Positions 52,920 to 64,000 of a stretch of 64,000 bases of DNA are shown piece after piece. The DNA is from Eledone cirrhosa (lineage: Eukaryota), in contig OZ024742.1 in NCBI GenBank assembly GCA_964016885.1, positions 157,418,001-157,482,000 on the forward strand, read 5' to 3'. Each line of letters opens with the position of its first letter. Position 1 is the stretch's first letter. The notes beneath the pieces were generated by a model, which was not told the origin of the DNA, did not search any database, and saw only the letters and a program-made list of their open reading frames with translations. Both the position numbers and the translations under genes were made by a program.

Positions 52920-53268
52920 TTTGCAAGATGTCTTATCTGTGCCGAAACAGATATTGTTATACTTTGGGAGGGTCGTGCTGCCAATAAAAAGACACGCACA
53001 TGTTGGTTTTTCACTTCAATTTATTATACTTTTCAGGTGGGTAGTTTGGAGCGATAAGCGGATGATTGTTCATATTTTACCGAAGCTCTTTCCTCACACG
53101 TTCTGGGACCTACTCTGGTTGGTTGGTTGGTTGGTTGGTTGGTTGGTTGGTTCGATACCCATCCGGGTATCGAACTGATTTTTAATATGTTCTTAATAAA
53201 TTGAAGTGCAACCGAACAGGTCCATGTGTTTTTATTTGCAGCATGACCCTCCCAAAGTTTAACAATAA
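52920..53268. mobile_element. MITE-looking element built from two inverted PLE pLTR ends
   Basis: TATTGTTATACTTTGGGAGGGTC... / ...GACCCTCCCAAAGTTTAACAATA match 38241-38312; internal (TTGG)n as in that pLTR. Confidence 0.8.
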
Positions 53269-54682
53269 AAGATTCATTTTATAACATATACGATTAAGTA
53301 ATGTTTGTGATAATATGAGTACACCATGTTATTCAAGCATGTTAATGTTGACAATATTATATGTCTTAACACTTGCTGATTCAAGTTACCTACATGGTTC
53401 ACATAAACTATCAAAAATACGTTATGCTATAAGTATGAGAGAAATTAAAAGAGCAATGCCAACGGCCATTTAAAATTGTACGTGAATGCTTTTCATTGGA
53501 TATCCTGTTTTTTTTTTTTTAAGATCGTCCTAGACCGGAAAATAGATGTGGTGTATATTCCTCTTTAACATGCCAAACTAATGATCTCAGGAAATGCATG
53601 AGCGTGTAGACAATTCAACCCGTTCAATGTTCTAATGAGGAGTGCCAGTGAACATTCGCTAATTCACTGCTGCTGGAAAGTATATGACTGACGAAAAAAG
53701 TAAGACAATTCCGTGGTATATGACTAAATCAATCTGACACGACACAATGCAGCTAGTAAACGTAAGAAGATATAGTATTTGCTATAGAGAAGGTAATTAT
53801 TTGAGAGTGATGTTGAAGTATCTCAGTAAGAGTATTCAAAAGAAACTGAAGTAGCGGTTTTAACATTTTACTCTAAATGAGGCTTTAATATTTCTAATTG
53901 GAAATTCACTTATACCACACAAGATGTTTTACAGGATTTCAATATTTTTCGTTTATTTTGGGGTTGCAGTATCGAAGAGGTAAAATCATTGATGTTTTCT
54001 AGAGGCGTATGTGCCCTTCCGAATTTACTAGATTCAATCAATCAATTTGGCAATGCTGTCGCTAGGTTCAAAATGTATTAAAGAGCAATTAAAGAGCTCA
54101 AATTGGGCAAGGCAGCTTTGTTAACTTCAGTCAGATATGTTAGAAGCCTTAAATATAGAAAGTAGTCTCTCGCTGATTCGAGTGTACCGGGTGACATACA
54201 TCACTGGAAAGGCACCGATGCAATGGCAAACAGACGTGATACACCCAATTTTCAAAAAGAGTGGTTAGAGAATATGCTTAAATTATAGAGCGATTTACTT
54301 CTTAAGCCTCTCCGGTAAAATCTATATAGTACGTGTCTGGCAAAGATGTAGGAATTTTGCCAAGTCGGCAGGAATGAACATCAGCACTGCAAATACTGAG
54401 ACACTCGTCCTCAGAAGGATACCTGTACATTACACGCTACATGTGAGTGGATTTCCGCAGAAGCAGGTTCAAGTATCTGGGGCATGTTCACGAGTGATAG
54501 AAGACAGGAGTCTGAATTAATTGCCAGAATTGCACGATTTGGTGCAGTAAGGCGCCAGCTTGAGTAATCGGTCATCAGAAGAATTGATGTAAAAGTAAAA
54601 ATTATCTATCTTCAATTCGGTATTCGTGCCAGCACTTATAGTCATGAATCTTGTGTAATGCCCGAAAGATTACGATTGATAA

Positions 54683-56381
54683 CACCGTGTAACATATTTT
54701 TTTATCCCCGGTTCTAAGTGTCATTTCCATTTCCTGGTTTGTTATATCCCATTATTATAAAAAAACACACTATTATTTAATCAGAAGTTTGGGTTTGTTC
54801 ATATTTATCAAGAAAAAACACATTTTCTTTTTAATTTATCAGTTCATATAATTAAATCAACAGAGTATATATTTATTTTATTACACAAGCTTATCAAAAG
54901 CAAACAAGTAAAAACAAATAACACTTATAAAGTAACCTATACACGTCAGAAATGACTGGATTTCCTGGATTTGCGGTTGTAGTCTAGGTCGCATTCCCGC
55001 ACTATCCCCCAGCAATATTTTCATTATAGTGGCTCTGGCACCTCCGCTCTATCTCTTTCACATCTTGGTGGAATAGTTCGCCTTGTTTTTCTGAGTAGGC
55101 GCCCATATTGTCCTTGGATTTTTCCAGGTGAGTATCCAGCATATGGAGTTTAAGCGACATCCTGCTTCCCATAGCGCCAAAAGGCTTTATCAGATCCTGC
55201 ACCAGTTGCTGGTAGTTTTCAGCTCTATAGTTGCCAAGGAAGCCCTTAACAACTGCCTTGAAACAGTTCCATGCTGTTCTCTCAATCCTATTTAGCTTAT
55301 TGGAGAACTCGGTAGACTCAAACACCTTCTTTATCTGAGGTCCAACAAAAATTTCACCTTTGATTTTGGCCTCAGATAACTTGGGGAAGAACTCAAGAAG
55401 GTAATTAAAAGCGGCTGATTCTTGGTTGAGAGCCTTCACAAACTGCTTTACAACCCCAAATTAATGTGCAGTGGCGGCATGAGCACAATCCTGGGATCAA
55501 CCAGTGGCTCCCACATGACGTTCCGGGTCCCAACTACAAATTCTGTTCACTGCTCCCAGTTCTTTCTTTTGTAGTGGTCAGGGGTGGCTCTGCTGTCCCA
55601 AAGGCAGAGGAAGCATTGGGATTTGATAAAGCCTCCTTGGAGTCCAAGCAGGAAAGCCACCATCTTGAAGTCCCCAATGATTTCCCAATTGTACTGGTTG
55701 TATTGCAGAGCTTCCAAGAGGACTTTCACACCGTAGTAATCTTTCTTCAGGCAGACTCAATGAGCTAGGGGCAGTGTCGGGAAATTGTTTCCATTGTGGA
55801 GGAGGACAGCCTTCAAACTTGTGGTGGGGCTGTCTATAAATAGCCGCCACTCCTTGGGCACAAACGGCACCCCAATAAAGTCAAACAGTCCAGGCACGTC
55901 ATAGCAGGAGCAGAGGCCATTCCTAAGAGTGTCACAGCCTGAGAATGGTTCGTGTCGACTTCTCTGACTTGTCACCTCCACTTCCTCCTTGATCAATTTC
56001 CGCTTCTTCATCCTAGAGATGAAACACAACTTACTCTTTATTCAGGGTGCGAAGAAACAGTAACAATAAATCTCTTTAATCCACTTTTTAACAATTTTAT
56101 TCTTTATTGCACTTTTATAATTTTCTTTAGGTATTACTCTTTATTTTATAATTTTAATTTAACCTTAAACATATATTAAACAAATCATTTAACATAAGCA
56201 AAGTAAACTTACATACAACGTAAAATCCAGCATACAAATAATTCTAGTGAATAGCTTAGAAATTTTACAAGCCCAAACTTTTAACTGTTTAATAGCACTT
56301 TTTTTTTTATGTGGGACCTAAGCAACACAAAAAAGTGATTACAAGCCAAGAACAGAAAAAAACATTTTTTTTCGTTACACG
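54683..56381 (-). mobile_element. Chapaev3-like (CMC) DNA transposon, decayed
   Basis: Left end TAA|CACCGTGTAAC, right end GTTACACG (last bases lost); transposase inside; superfamily assigned from recalled motifs. Confidence 0.7.
54990..56015 (-). pseudogene. Frameshifted DDE transposase
   Basis: WRLFIDS..SLKAVLLHNGN, WEIIGDFKMV..LLGLQGG...CFLCLWDSR, PPLHI, FVGPQIK, FLGN, MSLKLH, QGELFHQD. Confidence 0.85.
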
Positions 56382-56718
56382 CGGCCAGAATCAGGTCCAC
56401 CCAAGGGCCTTTGGAATAAGCTTACACGATAGAGTACGTAGCTCGGAGATCACAACGTCGCTCCAGATACAGGCGTTGCTTCGAATTGAAATATAATATC
56501 TTTGATATCATGAACATGTGATTAGAATGTCCCAGGAAAGTATGGCTAGAACGATAACATCCATGAGCTTCTCTGGTTTTCTTTAGAGCCCAGCCAGAAC
56601 GGTTACATGTGACGGTTACTTCTGACTAAACTCGCCGGAAAAGTACTTGAGGAATCGGCAGCCACAACCACCTCATCCACGAATAAGTGGATGATGAAGA
56701 AGAAGTAGAAGAAGAAAA

Positions 56719-56749
<31 letters not shown>

Positions 56750-57439
56750 AAGAAGAAGAAGAAGAAGAAGAAGAAGAAGAAGAAGAAGAAGAAGAAGAAG
56801 AAAAAGAAGAAGAAAAAGAAGAAGAAGAAGAAGAAGAAGAAGAAGAAGAAGAAGAAGGAGGGGAAGAAGAAGAAGAAGAAGAAGAAGAAGAAGAAGAAGA
56901 AGAAGAAGAAGAAGAAGAAGAAGAAGAAGAAGAAGAAGCTGTAAGTGTTAATTATGTTATATATCTACAAATGAGGTAATGGTGTATTTCAATTAGGTTA
57001 TACTTCTTATAGGAATTCTACAGACAATTACCAAAACGATTGCCCCACCTAATTTACTACAAACAATTGACACGCCTGGCTTCTGTGATGATCGTATTTA
57101 TTTGCGGCTCATCAATATCTCACAAATTTAAATTCATCAAGAGAGATTCAGTTCTAACTAATGTAACCTTCTTAAGTCCGTAAGCTTCATGTATATTTAA
57201 TTCATATTGCTCCTGCATGTCATCTGAAAACATTAGCATGGGCAAGTTCAAGGGCAATTTTAATCTGCAGGTAAATTAATTTGATCCCCAATTCCACAGA
57301 TAAAACTAAATTTAATTATAGGATTTGAAAGAGTTAAAACAAAATTAATTGCATAAATCACTTTCTTGAGTCTGGAAAACACAACGTTGGTAGTTGGCGA
57401 TTGATGAATAATTATCTGTACAACAACTAGTACAGTACG

Positions 57440-58940
57440 CGATAGGGCCCACCACAGCCCAGGCGGACATAATGGAGAAGGCGTTTCCCCGGAGTACGGC
57501 AAGGGAGACGCGCTAGAAAAGCCACTCCAGCTCGCAGGGCTCACACCTGCGGCTGGCCACCTCTATGGTGGTGAGTAAGTAGGTAGCCCTGGAGCCGAGG
57601 GCACCAGAAGTATCCACTGCCAGGGGTACGACCGCAAAACTGTCGGAGAATGATCGGTATTTGAAGAGTGTCCTCCTCAACCCGACGTGCAGCAGAACTT
57701 GGGTCAGTCGCATACTGCAACAGGAAAGCGGGTGGAGGCCGAGGAGTCTACGGTGGAACCGCAGCGACATTGGTGTGGCTTGAAGATCCGGAGGCCGAGC
57801 CTCTGGCAAACGCCGATGCGCAGGTTATGATTGGCTAGTTGAGTGCCAGTGGAGAAGGAGGGCAGGGTATGGAGCCATGCAACACTGTGGGGTTTGGAAG
57901 CCGCACGAAAACAAGCAATGCGGTGCTGGTCGAGCTTGCGCGTGAGCCTGTTGGAGGCCTGGCTGCACTGGATGGCATCCCAGGTGCGTTGGGGGGACTT
58001 GACGTCAATAGGGGGAGAAGGAGGAGGGACATCTACTAGTCTAAGTCCCAGTCGGTCCCACGTCTCACAGGCGGCCTCACATTCTCTAAATACAGAGGGT
58101 TCTGTTCTGTTTTGAAGAACCCTGCTGACGAGGACGCGGCACGAAGTTACCGACGAAAGATACGCCGGAAAAGCTAGTGAGATCGGGGACCAGAGCCAAG
58201 GCCGCCATACCTGATATTTAAAGTGGCCTGTTGCCACCCTATGTCGTCAAACTTGACGTTGTATATCTCATCGGCTGCTGCTGCTCTGATAAAATATCGA
58301 GGTCAGCGAGAAGAAATGTCTGTGTGTAGCACGGAGCGCTGTGGAGTTTATAGAGGAGCTTCGGAATGGCGAAGCAGTTACTCAGCAGAAACAGAGCTGG
58401 GTGGCCGTCAATCAAGCCCAGTCGGCTCGTGAGAGTCTGGAGCTGTTGAAGCCTGGACCTGATTGTGGAGCGGATGGCCGGCGGGTGGATCGGTGACCCG
58501 AGGATGAGGAGATCCTCTTTGGGGGTCACCTGAACCAGTCAGAGAATGGACCGCACGTCCAAGACGGAGGCTGCAATGCTCGCGGCATCGAGGCTGACAT
58601 TCACCACCTCCGACCTGGCTGAGTTGACCTGGAGGCCAATTCCCGCTAGGGCAGGAACCACCGATTGAAGGTCATGGCAGACCGTACGTACGGGCCCACC
58701 CAACGTAGCACCATCCAGATACCAAACGTTGAGAGGGGCCGTGTTACTCCGGGTTTGTGGTCAATACCAAGGGCTAACAGAAGGGGTCCAAAGGGTCGCC
58801 CTGTTGGATCCCAGTAGTTGAGGGTATTACCGTATCAGCAGCAAGGAGCATGCTCGTGGCTCCATATGACAGGTAGGCCAGCGGGTAGGCAGAGGGGGCT
58901 CGGCTGAGACAGGCCTCGAGCAGATGATCCCGGTTAGCGC
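57440..58940 (-). mobile_element. Decayed CRE-clade non-LTR retrotransposon (RT plus restriction-like endonuclease)
   Basis: GIQQGDPL, PLNVWYLDG, LILGSPI, HPALFLLSNCFAIPKL, AWLHTLPS, CRCG, VVPLAVDTSGALG. Confidence 0.8.
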
Positions 58941-60541
58941 GTAAATTTCCATTTAATATTCTATGACGTTTCCCTTTATATGTTGGTGATTGTTACATCA
59001 TTATATCAGACTGAACAGTGAAGAATTATTTTCATAATTTGATAATTTCTAGCACTCTATTACAATAAGAATATTTTGTTCTTTGTTTTATTGTCACATG
59101 AATAAGTCTGTTTTTGAAAAAAAGCACAATCAAAAGAGACTGTTAGTATATATCTTGCATTTACAAATGGAATATCAAAGGCTCCACTGTGTATCTAAGC
59201 ACCAACAAGATTTCCTTTTCACTGCTCTATATAAATAGCAGTAATTGAATGTAAGACTACAAGCAAAAAGCCAGCATTTACTTATTTTCTCCTTTCTTGT
59301 GTATATAAAAGAGGAAATAAAAATGGCTCGTATGATATTTCTTTCTTCGTAGTCTGAGTGTGGAAGAAGACGGTTTTCTTTACATCACGGACAAACAAAG
59401 AAGAATATTCGTTTTATTCTCATCGCAGTGTATCTAAGAAGATTTTCTTTGACTTATTTACTTTTATTCAAACAAGATAAAACCTATTAACTCTTTGCTA
59501 AGCGTTTTATTTATAGTGGAAATGGCTCCAGTGTCGTTATGTTGCTTTCACATACATCATTTATGGTTTACAATTTTTTCCTATGCAGAATGTATTCTTC
59601 GTATCTGAATATTATTTCCTTAATACATATAGCTAAGATCGTATTTCCGATAATCTAAATTAACCTGTCTCGCGCGTCAGAATATAACATTCCTTTGGCC
59701 CGTTAGATATTAAAAAAGCTATACCACTACATTAAAATACTTTTTGAGGTATATTATGTATAACATTAGATATGTTTGGGTACATATTAAATAAATATAT
59801 ATATTTACATGCGGCTTCATTTTTATCGGATATATTGTGTTAAAATAAAGTTAGATTAATCTAGAATGATTAACATTACAATTGAAAACATGTTTAATAT
59901 ATTTCTTGTCATGTATCAGTAAAGGCCCTGTACGTCGAGTTAATGAAAAGGATTACAAATGAAATGAGATCACAAACTCTTCGCGATTAAATGGAGTAAA
60001 TTTCAGTTTATTTTCATTACTCAAATCTGAACACGTGACTAAGTACAGTTAGGATTTGAATAAAACTGTCTAATGCGATACATATTCTGTTGACATTGTT
60101 GCTACTAGAAGATTCATAGACCGTAATGTAGTCAACCGCACGTTACGCTGTATCTTTGAGCTTCTTTGAATATCGATTATCTTTGAGCACTATGTATATA
60201 AATATCGATGCATCGCATACCACAGATGCTTAGATTACCATTTATTATATATTCTATTACCTAGTGACTTAAGAACTAACAATATACATATTGGTAAGTC
60301 CATTTCAGTGATATTGCAACGAGTGATGGAATACTTAAAACGGCTAGATGTCCACTTTCCTAATGGCAGTTACGCTGACATACATATATTCAGACGAGGA
60401 GCAGAAAACACAAACATCGATAAAAGCGATTCATCAAATGCTAAGTGGAATACGGAATTTTAACATACTCAAATACTGGGGAAAATATATATATTCACAT
60501 CTATATACACATAGGTACACACATATATACTCACACATACT

Positions 60542-60586
<45 letters not shown>

Positions 60587-61470
60587 TAATAAAATAATGA
60601 ATAAACAAAGAAACAGTCCCTTATATTAAAAAAATTCATCATTTTACGATCGTTTCTAGGATATATATGTGTTAGAGTTGGTATGCATATTCTATAGATC
60701 TATGTACAATATTTATACAAACTATCAGAGGGAATATACATACCTACACATATATATGCTGTCTTTAGAAATAATGATATTTGTTTATTGAAAAAAACAA
60801 AGATTCAATACAATAGGTCTGTTTGGGAACAGGTTTTGAATTGACCAATAGAGAGATAGTGAGGGTCAGGATAGTAATATAGTAGTAGAAGAACCTTAAA
60901 TTATGGGTAGAGGAAGGTAGATTTCAGTTTTGGATGGAAAAGAATATTATGAATGAAGGATTATTTTAGGGAAGAAATAGGTCTTATGCTGACCTCAGAA
61001 ATAATTTTATTTTTTCATTGAATAAAACCAACAAAGATCTAATATATTCTGTCTGTTTGGTAAGAGGTTTAGAATTAACCAATAGAAAGTTAATAATTGG
61101 CCAAATGGTAAAATAGTAGTAATTGAAGCTTATTTTAGGGGTAACAATAGGTCAGGTGGTCAGTAAAAGGTATACAAACAGTTGCTGTTATAAAATAGTA
61201 ATGCCAATACAAATATCTAAGGTGACTAAAGTTTTAAGATAAGAATGTTAGTGAAAAAAATACATCTATGAAAAGAAAATAAATTTATTTAATTGATGGG
61301 TATATTTATATTGATAAAATTATACAAATACATATAGATATGATAAATAAGAGTTAGAAGCAGTTGAAAAGTGCTGTTAAAGATGAGGGGAAATTAAAAG
61401 AATATAAAAATAATATATATATATATATATACTTATACATGTATATATATACATATGTACACACATACAC

Positions 61471-61538
<68 letters not shown>

Positions 61539-61620
61539 TTATATATATACATATATATACATATATATACACATACACACACACATACACACATATATAT
61601 ATATACATATACATATATAT

Positions 61621-61667
<47 letters not shown>

Positions 61668-61892
61668 GATATATACATGCATATATACATACATACACAT
61701 ACATATACACACACATATACACTTATATATACATATAATTATTGGGGGGGGGGAGATTAAATTTATTAGTGAGAAATAGTAAATATATATAGTTTTCAAG
61801 GTACATAAAGTCATAACCTGAAGTTAAAGCATTATATATGTTTACTTAATGGTATCAGTTTTAGGAAATGATATTTGTAAGAAGGAAATCAA

Positions 61893-62112
61893 AATTATGT
61901 AGTTCATCAGTAGTAGAATATTAATTATAGGTTAACTAAATTAAAAATAGTTTATATATTAATTTCAAAAGTGTATATTAATTAGGTTTATAATTTTTAA
62001 AGCAGAATTATGTAGTTCATCAGTGGTAGAATATTAATTATAGGTTAACTAAATTAAAAATAATTTATAAATTAATTTCTAAAGTGTATATTAATTAGGT
62101 TTATAATATTTA
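61893..62112. repeat. ~113-bp tandem duplication spanning the PLE stop codon and 3' UTR
   Basis: AATTATGTAGTTCATCAGT...TTAATTAGGTTTATAAT x2. Confidence 0.88.
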
Positions 62113-62959
62113 AAGGTTTTTCTCAGTTTATGATTACACGATATTATTAATTCCTGTCGCTTATTTAATAGGATATCCTTAGATTTCATTATTTCAAAAA
62201 GTTCTTGGGAACATAATCTACATTCATTTCTACTATTTTGATAAGGTGTGGCCCTTTTGAGCACACTCCAGGTCATGTCATATTCTATATTCCTCTTTCT
62301 ATAACTATTTATTATTTCAGCTAGAGATGTTGTATTAGCTAGTGCGGCATTTTTAAACTATGTTTGTGGGTATTAAATCTTACCTTAAATTTGTTAGAGG
62401 TAGCTCCTATATATGAATAAATTGAGTCCTTAGTGTTAACTTTACATTTATATACTATGTTACTAACAAGGCAATTTCCTTGTAATGGACAGTTTGCCTT
62501 GTTTCTACAGTTACAACTTTTCGTGAATCCTGTATCTGAGGAGATATTATGGTTAGTTTGATGTACTGGTGGTATACTCATGGTTTTTTACATTTATATG
62601 CATTATAGGCACTTATATTTTGTTTTATGTTTATGGTTGTTGAGTAGGAGAATTTAACCGTTGATCTATTTAAGATTTGATGGTATTTGTGGTTTGGCGG
62701 GAAGTTTTTCTCTAGGATATTAAAAAATGTTTCTGGTATATTATCCTTAATTTGTCAATTAAATGGAGCATTGTACCAAGTAACTCGTCTATTACGGTTT
62801 CGATGTTGTTTATTGTTTTTATAGGATGCATCCTGATGTTTATTAAGATAATTATTGTAATTTTCAATATCCATGTGATATAGATTACCAGTTTTGTCCG
62901 ACTGGACATGGATTTTTTTTAGATTTTTTTAGGTCCAATAGGGTAGAATCAAGGAATAC

Positions 62960-64000
62960 ATGAGTTCATATATAAAGAACTCAGGAAAAATTATAGAAAA
63001 ACAAATAATGCCTCACTTACCAACATCAACAACAAAACACACAGCATAGTGATTAGACTTTATATTGAAGATAGAACTGAACCTTTGGCATTGAAAAGAC
63101 CACACTTCAACCTGAAAGATCATAAATCTAACTTTAAATCTAATCCTTCTATAAGGCTGATATGCCCTTCCAAATCTGATATTGGAATAATTAGTAAAAA
63201 CATTTTAGATAGAGTCATCCCACATCTAAGAAAACATGTTAATTTACCACTCTGGGAAAACACATCCCAGGTAATTAACTGGTTTAATAATATTAGAAAT
63301 AAATCCTCTGCTTCATTTCTACAATTTGATATAGATAATTATTATTCTTCTATATCACCTATACTCCTGAACAAAGCCTTGATATTTGCTAAAAATAGAT
63401 CTAACTTAACTTTGGATGACATTAATATTATTACACATGCTAGACTAACACTATTGGAATTTCAGAATGAATACTGGACCAGAAACACATATAGTAATCT
63501 ATTCGATATTACTATGGGCTGAAGCGATTCTACCCAAATTACTGATCTTGTGGGCCTCTTTCTTCTTTTTAACATAAATGCTTCTTTTCCCCACCTTAAA
63601 GGTGGTTTATATCGTGACGACTGTCTTCTTCTTTCCAATAACCTTAGCCTCTCAGAGACAGAAAAAATAAAAAGCTTATTAGAACTTTCCTCAACGACTA
63701 TTATAGTCTAGATATTACATTTGAAAACACAAGTAAAGTAGTTAATTTCCTAGATATAACATTAAACTTATCTACGGGTATCTACCAACCTTACCATAAA
63801 CCCAACCAAAATTTACACTACATACACTCACAATCTAATCACCCTAAATCTATCCTTAAAAACCTTGCATATAATATATCACTTAGAATTTCTAACCTTT
63901 CGTCTAACCAAGATGTATTTGATAAAAATGCGACCTTTTATAACGAAGTTCTAGCTAGAAGTGGCCACAAAAATAGATTAGTATATATACCTTCTACCAA
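62960..64000 (+). pseudogene. Naiad-type reverse transcriptase (TGA at 63520-63522, 1-nt shift in A-run ~63670)
   Basis: Frame stays open through the TGA into TDLVGL and GLYRDD. Confidence 0.85.

Larger units (their letters stand above)
53900..56938 (+). mobile_element. Decayed RTE-clade LINE interrupted by a DNA transposon, (GAA)n tail
   Basis: WQTDVI.PIFK..NYRAI.LLS..GKIY, MNISTANTETLVL, HESCVMPERLR before the insert; AA...DRVRSSEI..LLRIE after; (GAA)n 56697-56938. Confidence 0.7.
60583..64000. mobile_element. Naiad-type PLE with inverted arrangement, running off the window end
   Basis: Minus 62091-62930: SDKTGNLY, RRVTWYNAPF, FSYS, CNCRNKANCPLQGNC, VYKC..YIGAT, CRLC; plus 62960-64000: LKDHK, RLICPSKS, FDIDNYY, FDITMG*SDS, GLYRDD, VNFLD, SNHP. 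Confidence 0.88.

Noticed and set aside
60308-60463. ~50-codon open frame after TTTCAG, possible terminal exon
   Set aside because: No recognisable motif and no upstream exons; length compatible with chance

Overview
AT-rich eukaryotic (metazoan) repeat-dominated DNA. I found no supportable host gene, and most short ORFs in the track are microsatellite translations. The tRNA-derived Nin/Deu-domain SINEs and the (TA)n/(CA)n density suggest a mollusc, probably an octopus-like cephalopod (inference). Contents: (1) at least six Penelope-like retroelements (PLEs; Neptune-like, Naiad-like and a third DKS/YVDD type), mostly inserted in (TA)n tracts and mostly with an inverted (fold-back) arm; (2) about 13 recognisable minimal type I hammerhead ribozyme motifs plus about 6 degenerate ones, two families of which carry a compensatory U3-A8 core; (3) several tiny palindromic PLE pseudo-LTR (pLTR) insertions; (4) a near full-length Tx1/L1-clade LINE; (5) several RTE LINE remnants, one interrupted by a Chapaev3-like DNA transposon; (6) a CRE-like remnant, non-autonomous Helitron-like elements and about 10 SINEs. 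The most interesting signals are the size series of ribozyme-bearing fold-back insertions in TA microsatellites, the U3-A8 hammerheads, and two in-frame TGA codons in a Naiad-type element (possible selenocysteine). All calls were made by eye, with no database searches or folding software.
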